Source of the DNA: Streptomyces sp.
Lineage (GTDB): Bacteria > Actinomycetota > Actinomycetes > Streptomycetales > Streptomycetaceae
Direction: 5' to 3'
Assembly (NCBI RefSeq): GCF_036524955.1
Contig: NZ_DATDBG010000178.1
Coordinates: 2,606-66,605 of the forward strand
Length of the DNA stretch: 64,000 nucleotides
Below are positions 1 through 9,698 of the stretch, piece by piece (within the stretch, counting starts at the first letter, position 1; each line of letters opens with the position of its first letter). The position numbers and the translations under genes are program-made. Below the pieces are notes generated by a model. That model worked only from the letters and a program-made list of their open reading frames with translations, did not search any database and was not told the DNA's origin.

Positions 1-77
1 GTCGCGACGATCAGGTGGGCGCGGCGGAGCGGGATGGGGGCGGCGCGCCCGGCGGCGCCGGTACTGGTCATGCTCAT
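1..77 (-). CDS. 5' end of an unidentified gene running off the left edge (partial)
   Basis: ATG at 77 on the minus strand. 25 codons (MSMTSTGAAGRAAPIPLRRAHLIVA) with G/C at nearly every third position. Divergent from the ROK regulator across an A/T-richer gap. Confidence 0.3.
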   Translation of the reverse strand, partial: MSMTSTGAAGRAAPIPLRRAHLIVA

Positions 78-204
78 GTGCGGTAAATTATCAGGAAGCC
101 TGCCTGAAAGTTAGTGGGTTTCCGACTGGGCTCGGCCGGGGGACCGGGCCGGGTTCCGGCTGGAGTCTCCGGCCGGGCAGCAACGCCGTGGAAGGATCGC
201 CCGC

Positions 205-1428
205 ATGACCGTCACCCGCGCGCAGCCCGCGCGTCCCGGGCGCAACGCGTCGCCGCGCACCGCACGCGCCATCAACGACCGGCTCGCCCTGCGTCTGCTC
301 CAGGAGGAAGGACCGCTCACCGCCGGGCAGTTGAAGGAGCTGACCGGCATGTCCCGGCCGAGCGTCGCCGACCTGGTCGAACGGCTCCAGGACTCCGGGC
401 TGATCGAGGTGGTCGGGGAGACCGGCGAGGCACGGCGCGGCCCGAACGCGCGGGTCTACGGGATCGTCGCACACCGGGCGTACGTGGCCGGGTTCGACGT
501 CCGGGTCGAGAGCGTCGCGGTGGAGATCGCGGACCTGCTCGGCCGGACGGTGGCCCGGGCCGAACTGCCGGTCGCCGAGCACGCGGACCCCGCGCGGATC
601 GTGGCGGACGCGGTCGCGCTGCTGCTGGGCGCCGCCCGGACGGCCGGGGCGGCCGGACTGCACACCGTGGCGTTCGGCGCCCCCGGGCTCATCGACCCGC
701 TGACGGGCCGGCTCGGCCCCATCGGCGCGCTGCCGGCGTGGCACGGCGACCTGGTGGACGAGGTACGGCGGCGGCTGGGCGTACCGGTGCTGCTGGAGAA
801 CGAGGTCAACCTGGCCGCGGTGGCGGAGCACCGGGTGCGCGGTGGCGGGGAGGCGGACACGTTCGTCCTGCTCTGGATCGGCGGCGGGGTCGGGGCGGGC
901 GTCATGCTCGACGGGCGGCTGCGGCGGGGTGCCTCCGGCGGGGCCGGCGAGGTCGGTTTCCTTCCCCTCTCGCCGTCCGGCGAACCGCCGACCGCGACGG
1001 ACCGCGGGACCGGGTACCACGGGCTGACGGGGAGCCGGGCGGTGTGTGCGCTCGGGCGGTCCTACGGGCTCGCCGCCGCGGGCGAGGGGGACGGCGCGGC
1101 CGGCGCGGCGGCGATGGTGCGGGCGGCGCTCGCGGGGGAGGGGGCGGCGGGGGCCGCGGCCTTCCTCGGCGAACTGGCCTCCCGGATCGCCCTGGGCGCG
1201 GCGGCGGTGTGCGCGGTGCTCGATCCGGGGCGGGTGGTGCTGGCCGGGGAAGTGGGGGCGGCCGGCGGCGAACGGCTCGCCGCACTCGTCTCCGCGCGGC
1301 TCTCCCGGCTGTCCCCGCTGCACACCCGCGTTCAGCCCACGGCTGTCCCCGACGGCCCCGTCCTGCGCGGAGCCGTCATCATGGCCATGGACGCGGCCCA
1401 GGAAGCGCTCTTCGCTCCCGCGGGGTAG
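205..1428 (+). CDS. ROK-family transcriptional regulator (N-terminal winged HTH plus sugar-kinase-like fold)
   Basis: N-terminus RTARAINDRLALRLLQEEGPLTAGQLKELTGMSRPSVADLVERL is a MarR-like HTH. It is followed by the ROK body (AFGAPGLIDP..., ENEVNLAA...). Confidence 0.8.
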   Translation: MTVTRAQPARPGRNASPRTARAINDRLALRLLQEEGPLTAGQLKELTGMSRPSVADLVERLQDSGLIEVVGETGEARRGPNARVYGIVAHRAYVAGFDVRVESVAVEIADLLGRTVARAELPVAEHADPARIVADAVALLLGAARTAGAAGLHTVAFGAPGLIDPLTGRLGPIGALPAWHGDLVDEVRRRLGVPVLLENEVNLAAVAEHRVRGGGEADTFVLLWIGGGVGAGVMLDGRLRRGASGGAGEVGFLPLSPSGEPPTATDRGTGYHGLTGSRAVCALGRSYGLAAAGEGDGAAGAAAMVRAALAGEGAAGAAAFLGELASRIALGAAAVCAVLDPGRVVLAGEVGAAGGERLAALVSARLSRLSPLHTRVQPTAVPDGPVLRGAVIMAMDAAQEALFAPAG

Positions 1429-1749
1429 CCCGATCTGCCGGCGCCTGCCGGCGCCGGGTCTCTGTCACCCTCCCCCTGCCTCTGGCGGCAGGCCCCACAC
1501 CCGTGCGGATCGCAGGCCGGGCACGGGTCTTCGTGCGGATGCGGGTCGTCCGGTGGTGGTCCCCGTGGCCCGCCGGCGGCTGCCGCGCCGTGCGCACGCG
1601 CCCTGTGCGTTCGTGGCGCTCGCGGCCTGCGGCCGGTGGGCGCAGGCCAATTGGAGCCGCACGCGAGGGGAGCCCTGTGAGCCAGACCACAGGAACTCGG
1701 TGGATCGCCGACAGCGTGACGTGGCAGACTGACTCCCGTACCAGTGACG

Positions 1750-1885
1750 TATCGCGCACTCCGGGGTCGGTGCAATTCCGAACCGGCGGTTACAGTCCGC
1801 GACCCGTCCGCAGCCAGCGGGCGGTTGACCAGGTGAAATTCCTGGACCGACGGTGAAAGTCCGGATGGGAGGCAGTGCGCGGCGG
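1750..1885 (+). ncRNA. FMN riboswitch (RFN element) controlling the rib operon
   Basis: Conserved RFN cores CTCCGGGGTCGGTGCAATTCCGAACCGGCGGT, AGTCCGCGACCC and GGTTGACCAGGTGAAATTCCTGGACCGACGGTGAAAGTCCGGATGGGAGG. P1 pairing CGCGCACT (1753-1760) with AGTGCGCG (1874-1881). Sits directly upstream of ribD. Confidence 0.9.
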
Positions 1886-2045
1886 GCGTTCACGAAGGTA
1901 CGCCGCCGCAGGCGGGCCCGCGGGCGAGCAGTCCGCGCAGGCCGTGAGCGATCCGGCGTCCTGGTTGACACACGCCAAGGCGTGTGCGTTCCCGCTCGCA
2001 GTCCCAATGCCCCGGAGTCCGTGCCCGAAGAGGCAGGAGGACCCG

Positions 2046-3140
2046 GTGGCCACCGCCACGGAAACCGACGCGATGCGTCGCGCTGTCGCGCTCTCCGCCC
2101 GCGCGCTCGGTGCCACCGCCCCCAACCCCGTTGTGGGCTGCGTGATCCTCGACGCGTCCGGGGCCGTCGCGGGCGAGGGCTGGCACCAACGGGCCGGCGG
2201 GCCGCACGCCGAGGTCAACGCGCTCTTCGCGGCCGGGCAACGGGCCCGCGGCGGCACCGCCCTGGTCACCCTGGAACCGTGCAACCACACCGGCCGTACC
2301 GGACCGTGCGCCAGGGCGCTGATCGAGGCCGGCATCGCCCGGGTCGTGTACGCCGTCGACGACCCCGGCCCGGTCGCGTCCGGCGGCGCGGGCACACTGC
2401 GGGCGGCCGGCGTCGACGTGGAGAGCGGGCTGCTCGCGCAGGAGGCCGCGGCGGTCAACGCCGCCTGGCTCACCTTCGCACGCCTCGGCCGCCCCTACGT
2501 GCGCTGGAAGTACGCCGCCACGCTCGACGGCCGGATCGCCGCCGCCGACGGTTCGAGCCGCTGGATCAGCTCGCCCGAGTCCCGCGCCGACGTGCACCGG
2601 TTGCGCGCCGAGGCCGACGCCGTGGTCGTCGGGTCCGGCACCCTGCTCGCCGACGACCCGCACCTGGCCGTACGCGGCATCGACGGCGTCACCCAGCCGC
2701 TGCGGGTTGTGGTCGACAGCCGGGCCCGTATCACCGGCGCGGCCCGAGTCCTGGACGACGCCGCCCCGACCCTGATAGCCGTCGCCGAGGACGCCGACAC
2801 CTCCCACCTCCCGGGCGTCGGCATCGCCCGGCTGCCGTGCGACAAGAACGGCACCGGGCTCGATGTCCCCGCGCTGCTCGCCGAGTTGGCCGGCCGCGGG
2901 GTGCGCTCGGTGCTGCTGGAGGGCGGGCCGACGCTCGCCGGGGCGTTCGTCGAGGCCGGCGCCGTCGACACCGTCACCGCCTACCTCGCTCCCGCGCTGC
3001 TCGGCGCCGGCCCGGCCGTCCTGGCGGACGCCGGAATCACCACCATCGCGCAGGTGTTGCGGCTCGACGTGACCGACGTCGCCCGCCTCGGGCCCGACCT
3101 GCGCGTCACCGCCGTTCCGACTGCCCCACAGGAGAGCTGA
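2046..3140 (+). CDS. ribD: Bifunctional riboflavin biosynthesis protein RibD (pyrimidine deaminase / uracil reductase)
   Basis: Deaminase zinc motifs HAEVNAL and PCNHTGRTGPC, plus a C-terminal RibD_C-like reductase half. Start set at GTG 2046, 6 nt after AGGAGG. The ORF-track start at 1875 would overlap the riboswitch. Confidence 0.85.
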   Translation: MATATETDAMRRAVALSARALGATAPNPVVGCVILDASGAVAGEGWHQRAGGPHAEVNALFAAGQRARGGTALVTLEPCNHTGRTGPCARALIEAGIARVVYAVDDPGPVASGGAGTLRAAGVDVESGLLAQEAAAVNAAWLTFARLGRPYVRWKYAATLDGRIAAADGSSRWISSPESRADVHRLRAEADAVVVGSGTLLADDPHLAVRGIDGVTQPLRVVVDSRARITGAARVLDDAAPTLIAVAEDADTSHLPGVGIARLPCDKNGTGLDVPALLAELAGRGVRSVLLEGGPTLAGAFVEAGAVDTVTAYLAPALLGAGPAVLADAGITTIAQVLRLDVTDVARLGPDLRVTAVPTAPQES

Positions 3141-3141
3141 A

Positions 3142-3813
3142 GTGTTCACCGGAATCGTCGAAGAACTGGGTGAGATCACCGCCGTCGAGGATCTGGGCGA
3201 CGCCTCCCGTTTCACCGTCCGCGGACCCGTCGTGACCGAGGGCGCCAAGCACGGTGACTCGATCGCCGTCAACGGCGTCTGCCTGACCGTCGTGGACTAC
3301 GGCGACGGCGCGTTCACCGCCGACGTCATGGCCGAGACGCTGAAGCGCTCCAGCCTCGGCGCGCTCCGGGCCGGCTCCCGGGTCAACCTCGAACGCCCGA
3401 TGGCGCTCGGCGGTCGGCTCGGCGGGCACCTCGTCCAGGGCCACGTGGACGGCACCGGCAGGCTGCTGGAGCGCATCCCCGCCGAGCACTGGGAGATCGT
3501 ACGGATCTCGCTGCCCGCCGAACTCTCCCGCTACGTCGTGGAGAAGGGCTCCATCACGGTCGACGGCATCAGCCTGACCGTGGTCGAGGCCGCGGCCGAC
3601 GCCTTCACCGTCAGCCTCATCCCGACCACCCTCGCGCTGACCACGCTCGGCCGCAAGCAGCCCGGCGACCCGGTCAACCTCGAAGTGGACGTCATCGCCA
3701 AGTACGTGGAGCGGATGCTGACCACGCCCGGAGCGGAGGCCACCACGGGGCAGCCGACCGCCGCCGCGACCGGGCCGACCGCCGCCGACACACAGCCGGA
3801 GGCCGTCAAGTGA
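3142..3813 (+). CDS. ribE: Riboflavin synthase alpha chain
   Basis: [13 protein letters not shown]-terminus. Two lumazine-binding repeats ([13 protein letters not shown] and [12 protein letters not shown]). Confidence 0.9.
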   Translation: MFTGIVEELGEITAVEDLGDASRFTVRGPVVTEGAKHGDSIAVNGVCLTVVDYGDGAFTADVMAETLKRSSLGALRAGSRVNLERPMALGGRLGGHLVQGHVDGTGRLLERIPAEHWEIVRISLPAELSRYVVEKGSITVDGISLTVVEAAADAFTVSLIPTTLALTTLGRKQPGDPVNLEVDVIAKYVERMLTTPGAEATTGQPTAAATGPTAADTQPEAVK

Positions 3814-4502
3814 GCGCGCTGCACTGGCTGAACAGCGAGGCGTTCACCGCCTTCGACCAGCACGTCATCTGGTCCGACATGATCGGCAACCTGCTGGGTC
3901 TGGGCGCGCTGGCACTCGGCTGGCGGCGCGCGATGCTCTCCTGGCCGGTGCAGTTGCTCTCCGGCGTGGTGCTGGTCGCCGCGTTCTGGTCGGCGAACCT
4001 GGGCGGCGGCGTGGGCAAGCAGTTCGTGGTGATCACCCTCGCCGTGTGGGGCTGGTACCAGTGGCGGCGCGGCCGGGCGCGCACCGGCCGGGTCGCCGTC
4101 CGGTTCGCCACCTGGCGGGAACGGGCGGTGCTGGTCGCCGCCACCGGCCTCGGCACGGTCGCCGTCGCCTCGCTCTTCCTGGCCTACCCGTCGCTGTCCT
4201 GGAACCCGTGGCCGGACGCGTACATCTTCACCGGCACGCTCGCCGCGATGGTCGCCCAGGCCCGCGGCTGGGTCGAGTTCTGGTTCGCCTGGCTCGCGGT
4301 GGACCTGGTCGGCGTGCCTCTCAACTTCCACAGCGGCCTGCCGTTCTCCGGTCTGGTCTACAGCATCTACTTCGTCCTGGTGATCGCGGGGATGTACGCG
4401 TGGTGGCAGCAGACCAGGAAGACCGGTGCCGAGACGCCCGAGCCATCCGAGACACAGCCTCAGTCGCAGAGCAGCACCGTTACGGAGGGAGTGACGGCAT
4501 GA
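3810..4502 (+). CDS. ribM: PnuC-family membrane transporter embedded in the rib operon (riboflavin transporter RibM/PnuX type)
   Basis: About 7 hydrophobic segments. PnuC-like WGWYQW motif. GTGA overlap with ribE and ATGA overlap with ribBA. Confidence 0.7.
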   Translation: MSALHWLNSEAFTAFDQHVIWSDMIGNLLGLGALALGWRRAMLSWPVQLLSGVVLVAAFWSANLGGGVGKQFVVITLAVWGWYQWRRGRARTGRVAVRFATWRERAVLVAATGLGTVAVASLFLAYPSLSWNPWPDAYIFTGTLAAMVAQARGWVEFWFAWLAVDLVGVPLNFHSGLPFSGLVYSIYFVLVIAGMYAWWQQTRKTGAETPEPSETQPQSQSSTVTEGVTA

Positions 4503-5776
4503 GTGCCGTGACCGCACTGCACGACGACTGGTACGACGCCGAGGCCGACCTCGTACTCGACCCCGTCGAGCGCGCCGTCGCCGACATCGCCGCCGGCCGC
4601 CCGATCGTGGTGGTGGACGACGAGAACCGGGAGAACGAGGGCGACCTGGTCGTCGCCGCCGAGAAGATCACCCCGGAGATCGTCGCCTTCATGATGTCCG
4701 AGTGCCGCGGGCTGATCTGCGTGCCGATGGAGGAGACCGAACTCGACCGCCTCGACCTGCCGCAGATGGTCGCGGCCAACACCGAGTCGATGCGCACCGC
4801 CTTCACCGTCTCGGTGGACGCGAGCGGCGAGCACGGCGTGACCACCGGGATCTCCGCCGCCGACCGGGCCACCACCATCCGGCTGCTGGCCGAACCCTCC
4901 GCGGTGGCCGGGGACTTCGTACGCCCCGGGCACGTCTTCCCGCTGCGGGCCAGGGCCGGCGGCGTGCTGGTGCGGGCCGGCCACACCGAGGCGGGAGTGG
5001 ACCTGGCCCGGCTGGCCGGACTGCGGCCCGCGGCGGCCATCGTGGAGATCGCCCGCGAGGACGGCGCCATGGCCCGGCTGCCCGAACTCGTGCCCTTCGC
5101 CCGCAAGCACGGCCTGTCGATCATCTCCATCGAGGATCTGATCGCCTACCGCCGCTCCTCCGAGCCCACCGTCCGCCGCGAGGCCAGCACCACGCTGCCC
5201 ACCGCGTACGGCGACTTCCGCGCCCACGGCTACCGCGGCACCGTCGACGGCGTCGAGCACATCGCGCTGGTCGCCGGTGACCTCGGCGACGGTCAGGACG
5301 TCCTGGTCCGGGTGCACTCCGAGTGCCTGACCGGCGACGTCTTCGGCTCACAGCGTTGCGACTGCGGCCCGCAACTCCAGGCCGGGCTGCGCAAGGTGGC
5401 GCAGGAGGGCCGCGGCGTGGTGATCTACCTGCGCGGTCACGAGGGCCGCGGCATCGGCCTGATGTCCAAGCTGCGCGCGTACGAGCTCCAGGAACGCGGC
5501 CGGGACACCCTCGATGCCAACCTGGAACTCGGCCTGCCCGCCGACGCCCGCGACTACGGCGCCGCCGCCCGCATCCTCGCCGACCTCGGGGTGCGCTCAC
5601 TGCGGCTGATGACCAACAACCCGGCCAAGACCGGCGCGCTGGTCCGGCACGGCCTCGACGTGCTGGGCCGCGAACCGATGCCGGTCGCCGCCGGCGAGCA
5701 CAACCTGCGCTACCTGCGCACCAAGCGGGACCGCATGGGCCACGACCTGCCGTGGCTCGACAGCGCCCACCAGTAG
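4499..5776 (+). CDS. ribBA: Bifunctional 3,4-dihydroxy-2-butanone-4-phosphate synthase / GTP cyclohydrolase II
   Basis: [16 protein letters not shown] (RibB) and [18 protein letters not shown] (RibA zinc site). Start at the in-frame ATG 4499. The upstream 450 nt of ORF 4046..5776 is an out-of-frame read of ribM. Confidence 0.9.
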   Translation: MSAVTALHDDWYDAEADLVLDPVERAVADIAAGRPIVVVDDENRENEGDLVVAAEKITPEIVAFMMSECRGLICVPMEETELDRLDLPQMVAANTESMRTAFTVSVDASGEHGVTTGISAADRATTIRLLAEPSAVAGDFVRPGHVFPLRARAGGVLVRAGHTEAGVDLARLAGLRPAAAIVEIAREDGAMARLPELVPFARKHGLSIISIEDLIAYRRSSEPTVRREASTTLPTAYGDFRAHGYRGTVDGVEHIALVAGDLGDGQDVLVRVHSECLTGDVFGSQRCDCGPQLQAGLRKVAQEGRGVVIYLRGHEGRGIGLMSKLRAYELQERGRDTLDANLELGLPADARDYGAAARILADLGVRSLRLMTNNPAKTGALVRHGLDVLGREPMPVAAGEHNLRYLRTKRDRMGHDLPWLDSAHQ

Positions 5777-5839
5777 CACCCGTCCGGGCGCACACGAGCC
5801 GAAGCACGACCCAGCACCGACGAAGCACCGAGGAGAGAA

Positions 5840-6325
5840 GTGAGCGGTAAGGGCGCCCCCGAGCTGACCGTGAAGAACTGCGGCGACCTGCGCGTCGCCG
5901 TGATCGCGGCGCAGTGGCACACCCAGGTGATGGACGGCCTCGTCGACGGGGCCGTCCGCGCCCTGCGCGAGTACGGCATCGACGAGCCGACCCTGCTGCG
6001 GGTCCCGGGCAGCTTCGAACTCCCGGTCGTCGCGAAGGTCCTGGCCGGCCGCGGCTACGACGCGATCGTCGCGCTCGGGGTGATCATCCGCGGTGGCACC
6101 CCGCACTTCGAGTACGTCTCGCAGGGCGTCACCGCCGGACTCACGCAGGTGTCCGTGGACAGCGGCGTCCCGGTCGGTTTCGGCATCCTGACCTGCGACA
6201 CCGAGGAGCAGGCGCTGGACCGCGCCGGTCTGCCCGGCTCGAACGAGGACAAGGGGCACGAGGCGGTCACCGCGGCGGTGGCCACCGCGAGCCTGCTGCG
6301 TTGGGTCGCCGAGCCCTGGCGCTGA
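5840..6325 (+). CDS. ribH: 6,7-dimethyl-8-ribityllumazine synthase
   Basis: [25 protein letters not shown] and GGTPHFEYV motifs. Confidence 0.9.
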   Translation: MSGKGAPELTVKNCGDLRVAVIAAQWHTQVMDGLVDGAVRALREYGIDEPTLLRVPGSFELPVVAKVLAGRGYDAIVALGVIIRGGTPHFEYVSQGVTAGLTQVSVDSGVPVGFGILTCDTEEQALDRAGLPGSNEDKGHEAVTAAVATASLLRWVAEPWR

Positions 6326-6358
6326 CCCGCCGGCCATTGCCCGTAGGCTAGGACCACC

Positions 6359-6631
6359 ATGGCCAACAAGACATTCGAGGCGCTCTTCATCGAGCTCCAG
6401 CACAAGGCCGCCACCGGCGACCCCAGCACGTCCCGCACCGCCGAGCTGGTCGGCAAGGGCGTGCACGCGATCGGCAAGAAGGTGGTGGAGGAGGCCGCCG
6501 AGGTGTGGATGGCCGCCGAGTACGAGGGCGCCGACGCCACCGCCGAGGAGATCTCCCAGCTCCTGTACCACGTTCAGGTGATGATGGTCGCCCGGGGAAT
6601 CTCCCTGGACGACGTCTACGCTCATCTCTGA
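6359..6631 (+). CDS. hisE: Phosphoribosyl-ATP pyrophosphatase
   Basis: 90 aa. [13 protein letters not shown]...STSRTAELV...[17 protein letters not shown] is the typical HisE/MazG-like fold. Confidence 0.85.
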   Translation: MANKTFEALFIELQHKAATGDPSTSRTAELVGKGVHAIGKKVVEEAAEVWMAAEYEGADATAEEISQLLYHVQVMMVARGISLDDVYAHL

Positions 6632-6731
6632 GCGCGTTCGCGCCGCTCGCATCCGTCCCCCCGAACCCTCCCCGTAGAACCGCGGCACCCCCGCGACACG
6701 CCGGACACCCCGAGACAAGGAAGCTGTACTC

Positions 6732-7580
6732 ATGCTGCGCATCGCCGTCCCGAACAAGGGCTCACTGTCCGGACCTGCGGCGGCCATGCTCCATGAGGCC
6801 GGTTACCGCCAGCGCAAGGAGTCGAAGGAACTCGTCCTGGTGGACGCCGACAACGGCGTGGAGTTCTTCTACCTGCGCCCCCGCGACATCGCGATCTACG
6901 TCAGCTCCGGCCGCCTCGACATCGGCATCACCGGCCGGGACCTGCTGCTGGACTCCGGGGCGAACGCCGAGGAGATCCTCCGGCTCGGCTTCGCCCGGTC
7001 CACCTTCCGGTACGCCGGCCGGCCCGGTGTCGCGCTGACCGTCGGCGACCTCGGCGGGATGACGGTGGCCACCTCGTACGAGGGCGTGGTCGAGAAGCAC
7101 CTGGCCGAGCACGGCGTGGATGCCTCCGTGGTGCACCTCGACGGCGCCGTGGAGACCGCCATCCAGCTCGGTGTCGCCCAGGTCATCGCCGACGTCGTGG
7201 AGACCGGCACCTCGCTGCGGAACGCCGGCCTGGAGACCTTCGGTGAGCCGATCATGGAGTCCGAGGCGGTGGTCGTCCGGCGCACCGGCGCCGACCCGCA
7301 GGACCCCAAGGTGCAGCAGTTCCTGCGCCGTCTCCAGGGCGTCCTGGTCGCCCGGGCGTACGTGATGATGGACTACGACATCCGGGTCGAGCAGGTCGAG
7401 CGGGCCGTCGCCCTCACCCCCGGCCTGGAGTCGCCCACCGTCTCCCCGCTGCACCACGAGGGCTGGGTCGCGGTCCGCGCCATGGTCCCCACCCGGGACG
7501 CCCAGCGCATCATGGACGAGCTGTACGACCTCGGCGCCCGCGCGATCCTGACCACCGGCATCCACGCCGCCCGCCTGTGA
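6732..7580 (+). CDS. hisG: ATP phosphoribosyltransferase, long form
   Basis: MLRIAVPNKGSL...DIGITGRDLL...ADVVETGTSLR, plus a C-terminal regulatory domain. Confidence 0.9.
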   Translation: MLRIAVPNKGSLSGPAAAMLHEAGYRQRKESKELVLVDADNGVEFFYLRPRDIAIYVSSGRLDIGITGRDLLLDSGANAEEILRLGFARSTFRYAGRPGVALTVGDLGGMTVATSYEGVVEKHLAEHGVDASVVHLDGAVETAIQLGVAQVIADVVETGTSLRNAGLETFGEPIMESEAVVVRRTGADPQDPKVQQFLRRLQGVLVARAYVMMDYDIRVEQVERAVALTPGLESPTVSPLHHEGWVAVRAMVPTRDAQRIMDELYDLGARAILTTGIHAARL

Positions 7581-8095
7581 TGACCGCGAACGAGCCGCCG
7601 CCCGCCCTGCGCGACCCCTCGGCGCCGGCCTGCCTGCCCGTGACCTTCCGGCCGGTGGTCACCCGGCTGGTGCTGCTCACCATGGCGGTCGTGCTCTTCG
7701 TCACGCTCACCGTGATCGCGGTGCTGATGCCGCACGACGGCGCCGCTCCCTGGAGCACGGGCGACCGGGCCACCGTGGTGATCACCGCGGCCCTGATCAG
7801 CGGGGTGCTGGTACTGCTCAGCCGGCCCAAGGCGGTCGCGGAGCCGGCCGGCCTGACCGTCGTCAACCTGACGGTCAGGCGCCGACTCGCCTGGGCCGAG
7901 GTGGTGCGGGTCAACCTGCGGTCCGGTGACGCCTGGGTGCACCTCGACCTGGCCGACGGAACCACGCTCGCGGTGATGGGCATCCAGCCCGGCATCGCCA
8001 GGGAGCAGGCACTCAGGGACGCGGCGAGGCTGCGGGACCTGGTGGCGGCCCTCGGCGAGGCCGACGGTACGGCGACGGGCCCGGGCCCGCACTGA
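7577..8095 (+). CDS. Membrane-anchored bacterial PH-domain protein (bPH_6-like)
   Basis: Two N-terminal TM helices, then GLTVVNLTVRRRLAWAEVVRV...DGTTLAVMGIQ. GTGA overlap with hisG. The same position is occupied downstream of hisG in other actinomycetes. Confidence 0.6.
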   Translation: MMTANEPPPALRDPSAPACLPVTFRPVVTRLVLLTMAVVLFVTLTVIAVLMPHDGAAPWSTGDRATVVITAALISGVLVLLSRPKAVAEPAGLTVVNLTVRRRLAWAEVVRVNLRSGDAWVHLDLADGTTLAVMGIQPGIAREQALRDAARLRDLVAALGEADGTATGPGPH

Positions 8096-8366
8096 ACCCT
8101 CCGCTGCGAACGCGGGGCCGTCCGCGGTGCGTTGTCGCGCCACGGTCCCCGGCGCGACCTCGTCCTACGCGGCCGCCGCAGCTATGACTACCCTGGATGC
8201 GAGCGCCACCCACCGCGCCCGCCCCGCACCGATCCTCGCCGCACGTACCATCCAGTGCGCCGCGGGGCCCCGACCACCCGAGGAGTGACACTCACACCCC
8301 GATGGACGAACCGTCCGGTAGTACCTGCGCCGCCCCTCCCTCCCTGCCCTCCGGAGCGGCGGCATC

Positions 8367-9698
8367 ATGATCACCTCACTGCTGCTTCTCGCAGCGGCCT
8401 TCGTCCTGATCCTCGCCAACGGCTTCTTCGTCGCCGCCGAATTCGGCCTGGTGACCGTGGAGCGACCGGCTGCCGAACGCGCCGCGGCCGACGGTGACCG
8501 GCGCGCCCGCAGCGTCGTGGCCGCGCTGTGCAAACTCTCCTTCCAGCTCTCCGGCACCCAGCTCGGCATCACCATCACCTCGCTGGTGGTCGGCATGCTC
8601 GCCGAGCCCGCGCTCGCCGACCTGCTCACCGGGCCGCTGCACGCGCTCGGCGTACCGAAGGGCGCCGCCCCCGGTTCCGCCGTCGTCCTCGGCATGATGA
8701 TCGCCTCCGGTGTGCAGATGGTGATCGGTGAGCTGGTCCCCAAGAACTGGGCCGTCTCCCGTCCGCTGGCCGTCGCCCGGGTGGTCGCCGGACCGCAGCG
8801 CGCCTTCTCCGGCGCCTTCCGCCCGGTCATCGAACTGCTCAACCGGGCCGCCAACAATCTGGTGCGGATGTTCGGCGTCGAGCCGGCCGACGAGCTGGCC
8901 TCCGCCCGCACCCCCACCGAGCTGGTCTCCCTCGCCCGGCACTCCGCGCTGGCCGGCGCGCTCGAACAGGACACCGCCGACCTCTTCGTGCGCACCCTGT
9001 CGCTCGGGGACCTCACCGCGGAGAACGTGATGACCCCCCGGGTACGGGTCAGTGCCCTGGAGGACACCGCCACCGCCGCCGACGTCCTCAACCTCACCCG
9101 CGCCACCGGACTGTCGCGCTTCCCCGTCTACCGGGAACGCCTGGACGACATCACCGGCATGGTCCACCTCAAGGACGCCCTCGCCGTCCCCGCCGACCAG
9201 CGCGACCGCACCCCCGCGGGCCGGATCGCGGTCGCCCCCCTGCTCGTCCCCGAGACCCTGCCCGGCCAGCAGCTCCTGGAACTGCTGCGCAGCGAGCAGC
9301 CGATCGCGGTCGTCGTGGACGAGTACGGGGGCACGGCCGGCGTGGTCACACTGGAGGACATCGTCGAGGAGCTGGTCGGCGAGGTCCGCGACGAGCACGA
9401 CGCCGCCGACCAGCCCGAACTCGCCCAGGCGCCGCCCGAGTCCGGTCGCCCGGCCTGGGACGCGGACGGCGGCTGCCGGGTCGACGCCCTGGCAGGGATC
9501 GGCCTGATCGCCCCGGAAGGGCCGTACGAGACGGTCGCCGGGCTGGTCGCCGATCTGCTGGCGCGCATCCCGGAGGTCGGCGACGTCGTGGAGCTGCCGG
9601 ACTGGCGGCTGCGCGTCGTGGAGGTCGGCCACCACCGCTCCGAACGCGTACGGATCGTGCGGACCGGACCGGCCGCGGGGGAGGCGAGCAAGCGATGA
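8367..9698 (+). CDS. CNNM/CorC-type protein: DUF21 membrane domain + CBS pair + CorC_HlyC domain
   Basis: NGFFVAAEFGLVTV and GELVPKN (DUF21), a CBS pair, and a C-terminal transporter-associated domain. Confidence 0.8.
   Translation: MITSLLLLAAAFVLILANGFFVAAEFGLVTVERPAAERAAADGDRRARSVVAALCKLSFQLSGTQLGITITSLVVGMLAEPALADLLTGPLHALGVPKGAAPGSAVVLGMMIASGVQMVIGELVPKNWAVSRPLAVARVVAGPQRAFSGAFRPVIELLNRAANNLVRMFGVEPADELASARTPTELVSLARHSALAGALEQDTADLFVRTLSLGDLTAENVMTPRVRVSALEDTATAADVLNLTRATGLSRFPVYRERLDDITGMVHLKDALAVPADQRDRTPAGRIAVAPLLVPETLPGQQLLELLRSEQPIAVVVDEYGGTAGVVTLEDIVEELVGEVRDEHDAADQPELAQAPPESGRPAWDADGGCRVDALAGIGLIAPEGPYETVAGLVADLLARIPEVGDVVELPDWRLRVVEVGHHRSERVRIVRTGPAAGEASKR

Noticed and set aside
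91-1856. Long ORFs 91..1323(-), 114..1856(+) and the many similar entries elsewhere. Examples: 1853..3235, 3531..4517, 9128..10822, 13490..15415, 20035..21741, 23309..25228, 24976..27504, 39494..41440, 45478..48027, 49278..50936, 51239..53017, 54147..55610, 57611..59158.
   Set aside because: Their translations are dominated by Arg/Pro/Gly/Ala runs. They lie antisense or out of frame to ORFs with clear family motifs. These are typical shadow ORFs of a >70% G+C genome, not genes.
4046-4498. N-terminal 151-codon extension of the ribBA ORF (track entry 4046..5776).
   Set aside because: The extension is an out-of-frame read of the PnuC-like gene (Arg/Pro-rich). The RibB domain starts right after the in-frame ATG at 4499, which overlaps the upstream stop.
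8096-8366. The 270-nt leader before the CNNM/CorC-like pair as a possible metal-sensing riboswitch.
   Set aside because: It contains only a short hairpin (about 8133-8158), which is more simply the terminator of the preceding gene. There is no match to M-box, yybP-ykoY or other classes I can recognise.
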